Source: a virus. Taken from it: a DNA stretch of 49,654 nt. Every line of letters starts with the position of its first letter. The first letter of the stretch is position 1. Location of the stretch: IMG/VR virus record IMGVR_UViG_3300045988_105566, one strand, 5' to 3'. The notes beneath the pieces were generated by a model. That model was not told the DNA's origin, did not search any database, and saw only the letters and a list, made by a program, of their open reading frames with translations. The position numbers were made by a program, and so were the translations under genes. Positions 24,709 through 33,180 of this stretch are shown piece by piece.

Positions 24709-25746
24709 ATGAAGCGCATAGGAAACTTATACGAAAAGATCATATCGCTGGATAACCTCCGCCTCGCCGATGAAAAGGCAAGGCGCGGGAAACTCCGCTC
24801 GTATGGCGTCTTACTTCACGACAAGAACCGTGAAGCGAATATCCTTGCCCTGCATGAAACGCTGAAAAATCGTACATTCAAAAACTCCGAATACAGCACG
24901 TTCACGATCTATGAGCCGAAAGAGAGGATCATATTTCGATTGCCGTATTACCCCGACCGCATTCTGCATCATGCGATCATGAATATCCTCGAACCGATAT
25001 GGGTTTCGGTCTTCACGAAAGACACGTATAGCTGCATCAAGGGGCGCGGCATTCATGGAGCGATGCGGAATGTCAAGAGGGCTATCAAAGACCGGGAAAA
25101 CGCCCGATATTGCCTCAAAATCGACATCCGGAAGTTCTACCCGTCGATAGACCACGACGTATTGAAAGCCATCATCCGCCGCAAAATCAAATGCAAGGAT
25201 ACGCTCGCCCTGCTCGATACGATCATCGACAGCACCGACGGCGTGCCTATCGGCAACTATTTGAGCCAATACTTCGCAAACCTGATGCTTGCCTACTTCG
25301 ACCATTGGATCAAGGAGGAGAAGCGGGTGCGGTACTATTTCCGATATGCCGATGACATGGTATTTCTCGCCTCCACGAAAGAGGAACTGCACATCCTGCT
25401 GGCCGACATCAAGAAGTATCTCGCGGCCTTGAAACTGACGCTGAAAGGCAACGAGCAGATATTTCCGATTGCCGAGAACCGGGCGGACAAGCACGGGCGC
25501 GGCCTCGATTTCGTCGGGTTCGTGTTCTACCACAACCAAACGCTCATGCGCAAATCCATCAAGCAGAATTTCTGCCGCATGGCCGCGCGTCTGAATAAGA
25601 AACTCAATATCAGCGCAAGGGACTACAAGCAGCGATTATGCAGTTGGTACGGATGGGCGAAAGTCTCCAACTCAAAACATTTACTCAAAACCATCATTAA
25701 ATCACAATTCTATGACACGTTCGTATTACGATGCAAGGCCGTCTAA
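24709..25746 (+). CDS. DGR reverse transcriptase
   Basis: Start MKRIGNLYEKIISLDNL. IGNYLSQYFANL (DGR-specific motif) and YADDMVF catalytic motif. Confidence 0.92.
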   Translation: MKRIGNLYEKIISLDNLRLADEKARRGKLRSYGVLLHDKNREANILALHETLKNRTFKNSEYSTFTIYEPKERIIFRLPYYPDRILHHAIMNILEPIWVSVFTKDTYSCIKGRGIHGAMRNVKRAIKDRENARYCLKIDIRKFYPSIDHDVLKAIIRRKIKCKDTLALLDTIIDSTDGVPIGNYLSQYFANLMLAYFDHWIKEEKRVRYYFRYADDMVFLASTKEELHILLADIKKYLAALKLTLKGNEQIFPIAENRADKHGRGLDFVGFVFYHNQTLMRKSIKQNFCRMAARLNKKLNISARDYKQRLCSWYGWAKVSNSKHLLKTIIKSQFYDTFVLRCKAV

Positions 25747-26128
25747 ATTCGAGGCCGTAGGCAACGGCAGCTACATCTACCGTTGGGATATTCAGGAAGA
25801 GGCCGCACCGCAGCAGATCATGGCAGAGGGCGAAGATCAGCCCGCCGCCGAAAGTTCGCGCACGCAGTATTCCTGCTATGAGGTAATCGTATGGGCTTCC
25901 GTATCGATCAACAAGATCACGGAGGCCGTCATCCGCTCGATGTGGGACGCCAACTACGAGCAGAAGCTCATCAACGAGTACAACGCCGCCAATCTCGGCG
26001 TATATGGCGGCTCCAAGTCGAGCGACGAGGCAAAGGCGAAGATCGCCTCGTACAAGGACTTTCTCGCAGCGAGAGCCGCGTTGAAAGCCCAAATCGACGC
26101 AGACTGCGCCGAGCTGAACATCGAATAA
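25712..26128 (+). CDS. Hypothetical 138-aa protein
   Basis: Overlaps the RT end by 35 nt. Lies upstream of the large tail protein. Confidence 0.5.
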   Translation: MTRSYYDARPSKFEAVGNGSYIYRWDIQEEAAPQQIMAEGEDQPAAESSRTQYSCYEVIVWASVSINKITEAVIRSMWDANYEQKLINEYNAANLGVYGGSKSSDEAKAKIASYKDFLAARAALKAQIDADCAELNIE

Positions 26129-26137
26129 AATCAGATC

Positions 26138-29104
26138 ATGCTGACCCTGCATTTCAACAACACGACATTGGACGTACAGGAGAGCGATAGCAGCTACCGC
26201 TATCGCTCCCTCATGTCCAAGCCGCAACTCGTCCTGAAATTCTCCCTATCGGAATTTGTCGAAATTCCCGTCGGGGCATGGTGCGAGTATCAAGGCGTGA
26301 AATACAAACTCGGATCGCCGGAAAACATCAAGAAGAACGGAACCCGCAATATCGAATACACTCTTACCCTCGGAACATTGGAGGACAACATGAGCCTGTA
26401 TAAGATGCGTAATCCCGTCGATAAACGCCTCAAATGGTCGATGTGCGCCAAGCCCCACGAACTCGTCGAAGCTATCGTCTGGAATCTCAACCAGCGCGAC
26501 GGAGCCGGAGTTTGGAAAGTCGGCGAATGCCTCGATGCGGCGGAGCAGACGGTCGAGTTCAACCACACCTACGTCGATGCTGCATTGCAGGATGTCGCAA
26601 ACAAATTCGAGACCGAGTGGGAAATCAACGACTATACGATTTCATTGCATAAAGTCGAGTATTTCAAGGATGATCCCCTGCCGCTCGCATACGGCAAGGG
26701 TAACGGCTTCGAGCCGGGTGTCGGGCGCACCACGCAGAGCGATGAATTGCCGATCAAACGGCTCTATGTTCAGGGCGGAGATCGTAATATCGACCGCTCA
26801 AAATACGGCTCAGCGGAATTGTTGTTGCCGAAGTCGCAGACGCTCGTTTATGAGGGCCGCATCTATCAATCCGACGCAGAGGGATATTCCATCGAGCGCA
26901 TCGACAAAGTTTCCGATGCAGTCAAGGAGGACAGCCTCGATTGCTCCGAGATATACCCCTCGCGCGTGGGAACAGTATCGGCGGTCGAGTGCATCGACGC
27001 AGGAAAGAATTTCTACGACATCATCGACAATTCCATCCCCGCAGAGCTGAATTTCAACGATTATGTCATCGAGGGCGAGACGGCGACGATCATCTTCCAA
27101 AAGGGGATGCTCGCGGGCGACGACAAGCAGTTCGAGTTCAAATACAATCACTCGGAACGCCGCTTTGAACTCGTGCCGCAGGAAATCGACGGGGTTACGA
27201 TGCCGAACGAAACATTCAGTCCCGCCGTCGGCGACACCTACGCCATTTTCGGTATCATGCTGCCGGATTCCTATATCTGTAACAATACGGATAAGACTGG
27301 GGCATCATGGGATATGTTCCGCGAAGCGGCCCGCAAGCTCTATGAGAACGAAGACCCGAAATTCACCTTTACCGGCACTCTGCAAGGACTATGGGCGAAA
27401 AAGAATTGGCTCCGTGTCGGCGGGCGGCTGAAAGTCGGCGGATATGTTCTGTTCACCGATGAGCAGTTCGCCCCCGACGGCATTCCGATCCGCATCACGG
27501 GTATCAAGGAATTTCTCACCTCGCCGTATGCTCCCGTCCTCGAAATCTCAAACTCGGTTTCGGGCAAGAGCGTATCTTCACAGCTTCGGGAGATCGGGCA
27601 AAATGAGGTGGCGACAGATAACAGCATCCGCAACGCCGTAAGCTATACCAAGCGTCGGTTCCGCGATGTCAGGGAAACAATGGCGATGTTGGAGGATTCG
27701 ATGCTCGACAACTTCACGAACTCCATCAATCCGCTGACCGTGCAGACGATGATGATGCTCGTCGGGGATGAGAGCCTGCAATTCCGGTTCGTCGCCAGCA
27801 AGACCGACCTCACAGCGGTAGGCGACGGTATCACCTACGACAACACGGCGAAGCAGTTGCATATCCCGCACGGATTCATCCAGCACATGACGCTCGGCAT
27901 CGGCACGATCTCGTCCTCTCATGCCGATTCGGAGTACAAGGTTTGGGAGATGAACGAATACCTTTCGCCGTACCTCGACAACGGAGCAAAGAAATATTAT
28001 CTCTATGCCAAAGTCAGCCGCACGGACACCACCGTAAAGGGCGATTTTCTCCTATCTGACAGGGCGATCAAGATGACCGATGTCGCAGGGTATTATCATC
28101 TGCTGGTCGGCATTCTGAACAGCGAATACGACGGCGAACGAAGCTATGTTTCGCTCTACGGGTTCTCGGAGATTCTGCCCGGTCGGATTACGACGGATAA
28201 GATCGTATCGTCCGACGGCAAAACATATTTCGACCTGCTGCTGGGAGAAATCGGAGGCAATATCAAATTCATCGCCTCGGATGGAAGCCTGAAAGATGTT
28301 GCCGACCTCGAACGGACAGATTTGGATTATCTCAAAGAGGCTTTCAAAGATGCAACGACCGAAATAGACGGAGGTGTTGCCCTTTCGGGATTCGTGGGAG
28401 TGAGAGACGCATTGAAAAACGTAATAGCGGCTCTTTGCGGTTATAATCCGACCTCCGAGGATGACTACCCGTTGATATTCGCAGGAGCACAGCAAGGGAA
28501 TGTAGAGTATTACGGATGGACAAGCAATAGCTATACCCATATCTACACCCAAAGCGCGACGCCGAGCAATGGGGATAATTGTTTCGACAATAAAGGCTCT
28601 GTCGTAGGAACTGTAACGAATATCGTAGGGGCGCAAATTTTCGCATTATCCACAACGGGCGAAACCTATCAACGCAATACCGGAATCGACTTTACCGCGA
28701 AAACGCCCTCTGCAATGGAGGGCAACCGAGCCAAGTTCCGAGTATATAAGGACGGACGATGCGTTTCCAATTACTTTGAAACGAGCGGGTCATACAAGAC
28801 GATATACGTGCCGACATATTGTCCGCCATTGGTCTTTACAACCGTTTTGGAGGTTTCGGAAAATTGCTACATGGACTTGACCGCCGGAGCGCAATTCGGT
28901 GTTTTGATGGAGACGAATGACGACTATGACGGCTATAACTGCTCGCTGTATAATTCCAGCAGATACCCTTGCATGGTGGTTAAAGGGACGAAAAGCTCCT
29001 ATACGCAAGTCGGGGCATTGTCCCCCGGCGAAATGATGGATTTTGTCAATATCAAAGGAGGATGGGTATTAAAGAATTTCACCAGATATTCAACGAAAGA
29101 GTAA
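26138..29104 (+). CDS. Tail tip / host-specificity protein (Tal-like N-terminus, fibre-like C-terminus)
   Basis: 988 aa, last gene of the late operon. The N-terminal region resembles prophage tail proteins (by eye). Confidence 0.55.
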   Translation: MLTLHFNNTTLDVQESDSSYRYRSLMSKPQLVLKFSLSEFVEIPVGAWCEYQGVKYKLGSPENIKKNGTRNIEYTLTLGTLEDNMSLYKMRNPVDKRLKWSMCAKPHELVEAIVWNLNQRDGAGVWKVGECLDAAEQTVEFNHTYVDAALQDVANKFETEWEINDYTISLHKVEYFKDDPLPLAYGKGNGFEPGVGRTTQSDELPIKRLYVQGGDRNIDRSKYGSAELLLPKSQTLVYEGRIYQSDAEGYSIERIDKVSDAVKEDSLDCSEIYPSRVGTVSAVECIDAGKNFYDIIDNSIPAELNFNDYVIEGETATIIFQKGMLAGDDKQFEFKYNHSERRFELVPQEIDGVTMPNETFSPAVGDTYAIFGIMLPDSYICNNTDKTGASWDMFREAARKLYENEDPKFTFTGTLQGLWAKKNWLRVGGRLKVGGYVLFTDEQFAPDGIPIRITGIKEFLTSPYAPVLEISNSVSGKSVSSQLREIGQNEVATDNSIRNAVSYTKRRFRDVRETMAMLEDSMLDNFTNSINPLTVQTMMMLVGDESLQFRFVASKTDLTAVGDGITYDNTAKQLHIPHGFIQHMTLGIGTISSSHADSEYKVWEMNEYLSPYLDNGAKKYYLYAKVSRTDTTVKGDFLLSDRAIKMTDVAGYYHLLVGILNSEYDGERSYVSLYGFSEILPGRITTDKIVSSDGKTYFDLLLGEIGGNIKFIASDGSLKDVADLERTDLDYLKEAFKDATTEIDGGVALSGFVGVRDALKNVIAALCGYNPTSEDDYPLIFAGAQQGNVEYYGWTSNSYTHIYTQSATPSNGDNCFDNKGSVVGTVTNIVGAQIFALSTTGETYQRNTGIDFTAKTPSAMEGNRAKFRVYKDGRCVSNYFETSGSYKTIYVPTYCPPLVFTTVLEVSENCYMDLTAGAQFGVLMETNDDYDGYNCSLYNSSRYPCMVVKGTKSSYTQVGALSPGEMMDFVNIKGGWVLKNFTRYSTKE

Positions 29105-29124
29105 AATTATTTTCGCCCATATAG

Positions 29125-29153
29125 TACCTATTAGGTATTATTCACTACTTTTG
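29125..29153 (+). promoter_or_regulatory. Lysis-cassette promoter: perfect palindrome TACCTATTAGGTA plus a TActTTTG -7 box
   Basis: Palindrome 29125..29137; TAnnTTTG at 29146..29153, 20 nt upstream of ATG 29173. Confidence 0.55.
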
Positions 29154-29172
29154 TCATAAATCTAAACCTATT

Positions 29173-29847
29173 ATGGAACAGAAAATCGAAAAGGGAATCG
29201 GGTGGCTCGAAAAGCTGCTCAAAATGGAGGAAAAATACGGGTTCTTCCGCTTTCTGCGAGTGCTTTTGCTTTTACTCCTCACGGGGTTTGTCATCCTTAC
29301 TATCACCAATCCGCACTATGTGCTGGATAAAGTCGAATCAATCCAAGCAGAGCAACATGATGAATCGGTAGCCAAGCGCATTCAGGTAGATGCGGATATT
29401 CGTCTGATGCTGCGCAAACTCTTATATGCGCTCGATGCCGACCGTACATGGCTCATAGAGCTGCATAATGGGAGCAAAAACCTATCATCAGGATTACCGT
29501 TCCTATACGGCGATATGCGAATCGAAGAGGTCGCTGACGGCATCAATAACGTCGATGATGAATATACTGATTTTCAGCTATCGAAATACCCTTTTATCGG
29601 GAAAGTCTTTGACGACGGATTTTATTGGGGAGCTATCGAAACGATCAAGGAGATCGACGAACGAATGTATTTCAAGTTCAAGTCGAATAACGTGAACGAG
29701 GTCGCCATTCTCGCCCTATATGCAGGAGAAAAGCCGCTCGGAGCAATCGGCATATCATTTTGCGGACAAAAACAGATGGACGCCTCCGCTGTCGGCAAGG
29801 CTATTCGCAAGTGCGGTATTCAGGTAGCAACCCTATTATCCAACTAA
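29173..29847 (+). CDS. Membrane-anchored protein of unknown function heading the lysis cassette
   Basis: One N-terminal TM (FFRFLRVLLLLLLTGFVILTI) followed by a ~170-aa soluble domain. Confidence 0.6.
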   Translation: MEQKIEKGIGWLEKLLKMEEKYGFFRFLRVLLLLLLTGFVILTITNPHYVLDKVESIQAEQHDESVAKRIQVDADIRLMLRKLLYALDADRTWLIELHNGSKNLSSGLPFLYGDMRIEEVADGINNVDDEYTDFQLSKYPFIGKVFDDGFYWGAIETIKEIDERMYFKFKSNNVNEVAILALYAGEKPLGAIGISFCGQKQMDASAVGKAIRKCGIQVATLLSN

Positions 29848-29859
29848 CATCACAACATC

Positions 29860-30132
29860 ATGGAAACTATCAAAAATATTCTGACCGCCATCTTGAAATG
29901 GCTGGGGAGTATTCCATCCGACAAACTCCTGCACCTCATTGCAGGTGCGGTAATCGCAGCCTTTTTCGCCCTTGTCATTCCCTATACGGCTGAAATATGC
30001 GTCTTATTCGCCGCCATCGCAGGGGTGGCAAAAGAGGCTTTCGACCAATACCGCTACAAAGGATGGGATTGGCTTGACTTGGCCTATACAATGGCCGGAG
30101 GTTTCATCATTCAAATTTTCGCGTGGCTATGA
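29860..30132 (+). CDS. Holin-like membrane protein
   Basis: 90 aa with about 3 hydrophobic segments. Its stop overlaps the next start (ATGA). Confidence 0.55.
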   Translation: METIKNILTAILKWLGSIPSDKLLHLIAGAVIAAFFALVIPYTAEICVLFAAIAGVAKEAFDQYRYKGWDWLDLAYTMAGGFIIQIFAWL

Positions 30133-30587
30133 AACTACTTTTGAAACGCATCGCATTGAAGCCGACCTATACCATCGGCTGGCTCTACATCGACGGGCAA
30201 AAGGTCTGCGACACCATCGAAGATGCCGTGCGAGACCTGAACAAAAACGGGCGGTTCGACAATGGCGAAAAGAAAGTGTATGCCGCAACCGCTATCCCCT
30301 ACGGGACATACGACATCACGCTGAAAGTCCAATCCCCGAAGTATAAGGATCGGGCGCAGTACAAATTCTGCGACGGCTACCTGCCTCGGCTGCTCAATGT
30401 GCCGGAGTTCGACGGCATCCTGATCCATATCGGCAATACCGCCGAGGATAGCGCGGGGTGCATATTGGTCGGCGAAAACAAGGAGGTCGGCAAGGTGCTG
30501 AACTCGACGGCGACATTCCGACGGGTCTATGACATGCTCAAAACGGCCTCCGACCGGGGCGAACCAATCCAAATCGAAATCGTATGA
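30129..30587 (+). CDS. DUF5675-like protein in the endolysin position
   Basis: G.LYIDG...C.TIED ... AIPYGTY ... GILIHIGN...DSAGCILVG pattern recalled from DUF5675. Confidence 0.55.
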   Translation: MKLLLKRIALKPTYTIGWLYIDGQKVCDTIEDAVRDLNKNGRFDNGEKKVYAATAIPYGTYDITLKVQSPKYKDRAQYKFCDGYLPRLLNVPEFDGILIHIGNTAEDSAGCILVGENKEVGKVLNSTATFRRVYDMLKTASDRGEPIQIEIV

Positions 30588-31072
30588 GAACGCTGATTTT
30601 GTGCCTTATCATCGGTTTGCTGTCGGCCTGCTGCCCGTGCAAACATCTGACGACCTCGACCGGGACGCGGGACAGCCTGCATGTCGAGATCAGGCATCGC
30701 ACAATATGGATTCCCGACACGGTACGGGTGCAACTGCCGGCCGAGCGAACCGAGCAGACCGTCCGCCAAGATTCGAGCCACCTCGAAACCTCGGCAGCGG
30801 TATCGGACGCAAGGATCAACCCCGACGGGTCGCTATCCCACTCGCTCGAAAACAAGACGGACGATCGGGAAATACCGACGCAGCGGCCGATAGAATATCG
30901 GGACAGCATCGTTTATCGGGATCGGGAGGTCGAGGTTGAAAAGATCGTCGAGGTAGAGCGCAAATTGACATGGTGGCAACAGACGCAAATACGCGGTTTT
31001 TGGGTGACAATTATCATCATTCTCGTACTGCTCCGTAAAAAGATTTTTCCCTTGATTCGGAGGTTTATTTGA
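30584..31072 (+). CDS. Unimolecular spanin-like lipoprotein
   Basis: Lipobox LLSAC at the N-terminus plus a C-terminal TM (GFWVTIIIILVLL). Confidence 0.5.
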   Translation: MRTLILCLIIGLLSACCPCKHLTTSTGTRDSLHVEIRHRTIWIPDTVRVQLPAERTEQTVRQDSSHLETSAAVSDARINPDGSLSHSLENKTDDREIPTQRPIEYRDSIVYRDREVEVEKIVEVERKLTWWQQTQIRGFWVTIIIILVLLRKKIFPLIRRFI

Positions 31073-31134
31073 GGGCGCAAAGGCGAACAATACAGCCGAT
31101 TATAATAATAGCTCCAAATTTCAGAAACTTTTTG

Positions 31135-31142
31135 TACCTTTG
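31135..31142 (+). promoter_or_regulatory. TAccTTTG -7 box upstream of the moron genes
   Basis: Exact TAnnTTTG in AT-rich intergenic DNA. Confidence 0.35.
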
Positions 31143-31191
31143 AAAAAGTTTTGATATTATAGCGTTTGCTATTGTTTTTAAGGTTTAGGAA

Positions 31192-31282
31192 ATCGCCAAT
31201 TTCACAACGGACTTAAAAAACAATGGTAAATGCCTGCGTTATGCGTGGGCATTTCCTTGTTAGTCCGTAGGTGTTTGGCGAT
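31192..31282 (+). ncRNA. Candidate structured leader/ncRNA: three stacked helices (8+7+7 bp)
   Basis: ATCGCCAA/TTGGCGAT (31192-99/31275-82), ACGGACT/AGTCCGT (31207-13/31262-68), AAATGCC/GGCATTT (31228-34/31248-54), all perfectly complementary and nested. Confidence 0.3.
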
Positions 31283-31362
31283 ACCTCTAAACCGACAGGA
31301 ACGCCCACGCTTTTCTGTGTGCATATCCGGAAACAGCAGCGAATGTTTGATTTACGGATAGC

Positions 31363-32220
31363 ATGAGCGAAAAGAAACCAACAAGGCAGGCGGAGATCGT
31401 ATTTGCCGCCATGAAAGCAATCGAGGCCAACGGCGGCGAAATGAGGATTTCGGATATATACGAAACCCTCGCATCATCGTTCCCGCTGACCGATTATGAG
31501 AAAGAGGAAACCAAGAGCGGTGTCATCCGCTGGAAAGCGTATCTCAACTTCTATTCGATAGAGGTAGGCAAGGTCGGGTATCTCGTCAAAAAGAGCGGGA
31601 TTTGGCATCTGACGGAAGAGGGTGCGAAAGCTCTTGCCGCCGGAGCCGGAGAGTTCTTCGCCGATTTTCACGGCAAGTTTTCCAAGATACAGAAAGAGCA
31701 CGCGGTATCGGTCATCGAGGAGAATGCGGATCAGCCCGATGATTTGGATATGTTGCAAGGTCAGGCATCGAAAGGCATTCGGGAGTATATCATCAAAAAG
31801 AACCCCTACGAGTTTCAGGATTTGGTCGCCGCCCTGTTGCGGGCAATGGGTTACTACACGCCGTTCATCGCCCCGAAAGGCAAGGATGGCGGCGTCGATA
31901 TTATCGCCTACCGAGACCCGCTCGGCACGACCGCCCCGCAGTTGAAAGTACAGGTCAAGCATTATCCGACCTCTGCAATCTCCATCGATGTCGTCCGTAG
32001 TCTGCTGGGGGTTCTCGTCAAGGAGGGCGAAGTCGGCCTGCTGGTTACATCGGGGACATTCACCAGCGAATCCAAGAAAGAGGCCCGCAACGGGCATCGC
32101 TGCCTACGCCTGATCGACATCGACGAGTTCATCGACCTATGGATTCGCTACTACGACCGCATGAGCGAGGAGGACAAAGCACTGCTCCCGATTATTCCTG
32201 TCTATTTCCTGAAAGCATAA
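31363..32220 (+). CDS. Mrr-like (type IV, modification-dependent) restriction endonuclease
   Basis: N-terminal Mrr_N-like winged helix. C-terminal DGGVDIIAY...LKVQVKHY...LLVTSGTFT matches the Mrr catalytic domain pattern. Confidence 0.75.
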   Translation: MSEKKPTRQAEIVFAAMKAIEANGGEMRISDIYETLASSFPLTDYEKEETKSGVIRWKAYLNFYSIEVGKVGYLVKKSGIWHLTEEGAKALAAGAGEFFADFHGKFSKIQKEHAVSVIEENADQPDDLDMLQGQASKGIREYIIKKNPYEFQDLVAALLRAMGYYTPFIAPKGKDGGVDIIAYRDPLGTTAPQLKVQVKHYPTSAISIDVVRSLLGVLVKEGEVGLLVTSGTFTSESKKEARNGHRCLRLIDIDEFIDLWIRYYDRMSEEDKALLPIIPVYFLKA

Positions 32221-32232
32221 AACCATCATATT

Positions 32233-32730
32233 ATGAGAAAACTCTTATCTATCCTATTCCTATCCCTTTGCGTCGCAACTTGCTCCAAAGACGACGCCCC
32301 ACAGCCGGAGATGAACGAAACAGTCAAACAGATTTGGCAGACCCTCAATGGAACCTATATCGGATTCCACGAGGATAAATTATCCTCTGCCGCCTCCTAC
32401 ACGGAAACCATCGCCTTTCAGCCCTATTCCGAGCCGAAAGAGATCAAGCCGACGGTAATCCTTTTCCCTGATTTCACGGCATACGGAACCGCCGTAATAA
32501 CCGACACCCGATTTGAAGCGATCAGCGGCTCATCGACCTGCTATTACTCAATAGACGTAAAATATGAGGGGGCAACCCCGACGATCTCATTCTTTGAATA
32601 CGGAACGGATGGCGAAGTAGTGAACCGCGAAGATAAGCGCAATATCAAGGTCATCGACGCCTCCTCTTTCAAAATGTGGGATTATGGCTTGACCGAGGCA
32701 GAGAATGCGATAATCTACGCCAAGCAATAG
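32233..32730 (+). CDS. Lipoprotein, unknown function (moron)
   Basis: Signal plus lipobox (LSLCVATCS). 165 aa. Confidence 0.65.
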   Translation: MRKLLSILFLSLCVATCSKDDAPQPEMNETVKQIWQTLNGTYIGFHEDKLSSAASYTETIAFQPYSEPKEIKPTVILFPDFTAYGTAVITDTRFEAISGSSTCYYSIDVKYEGATPTISFFEYGTDGEVVNREDKRNIKVIDASSFKMWDYGLTEAENAIIYAKQ

Positions 32731-32791
32731 AAATCCAAATAAATCACTATCTTTGCGGTACTGATAACCCCGTATCAGTTGCGTTGAATAC

Positions 32792-32833
32792 CCCTCTCGA
32801 CAGACCGATAGATCGGGCGTTGAGAGGGTTTTT
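32792..32833 (+). terminator. Intrinsic terminator-like hairpin plus T5
   Basis: CCCTCTC...GAGAGGG with an inner CCGA/TCGG stem, followed by TTTTT. Confidence 0.5.
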
Positions 32834-32840
32834 CATTCAA

Positions 32841-32864
32841 TTCTGTTACCCGTCTGTTACTCGG
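32841..32864 (+). repeat. Tandem direct repeats TTCTGTTACCC / GTCTGTTACTCGG (candidate integrase arm sites)
   Basis: The same TCTGTTACTCGG word recurs at 33122..33133, and inverted at 33141..33151. Confidence 0.45.
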
Positions 32865-33099
32865 ACGTCGAAGTGTCGTTCATTGGTTGCGAATAAGCCA
32901 ATATGTAATAGTGAGTTACAACCTATTTTAGAAAGAAGCCATAGATTTTGCATCGGAAAATAGGTCGTCATTTTTCCAATTAACCAAAACGCCATTTCGC
33001 CAGCACATCATCGGCATATAAACAGCAATAACAAAGCTATTTACAGTTTTATCTGCCAAACAAAATTTTCTCATCTCTTTGCTGTACGGATGCAAATAA

Positions 33100-33159
33100 T
33101 TTGTTACTTTTGTGTTGCTATTCTGTTACTCGGCCAAAATGAGTAACAGAAGTAACAAA
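33100..33159 (+). promoter_or_regulatory. int promoter box (TActTTTG 33105..33112) plus a nested palindrome
   Basis: TTCTGTTACTC-N9-GAGTAACAGAA (33121..33151) is flanked by TTTGTTAC (33100..33107) / GTAACAAA (33152..33159). Confidence 0.5.
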
Positions 33160-33180
33160 AATCATTCAACGCAAAAGGAT

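Larger units (their letters stand above)
22602..25746 (+). mobile_element. Diversity-generating retroelement cassette (target/VR1, small ORF, TR, RT)
   Basis: A TR/VR pair with adenine-only mismatches plus a DGR-type reverse transcriptase, all on one strand. Confidence 0.93.

Noticed and set aside
24709-25746. RT as a retron, group II intron or Abi-type RT
   Set aside because: The adjacent TR with two adenine-mismatched VRs and the IGNxxSQxxxN motif identify it as DGR-type. No msr/msd-like inverted repeats or intron domains were seen.
33112-33180. Upstream starts of the integrase ORF (GTG 33112, ATG 33139)
   Set aside because: They fall inside the promoter box and palindrome. The family N-terminus normally begins just before the IRLR..K..G..SLYL segment, and ATG 33181 carries the TTCAACGCA word. 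This is not fully excluded.
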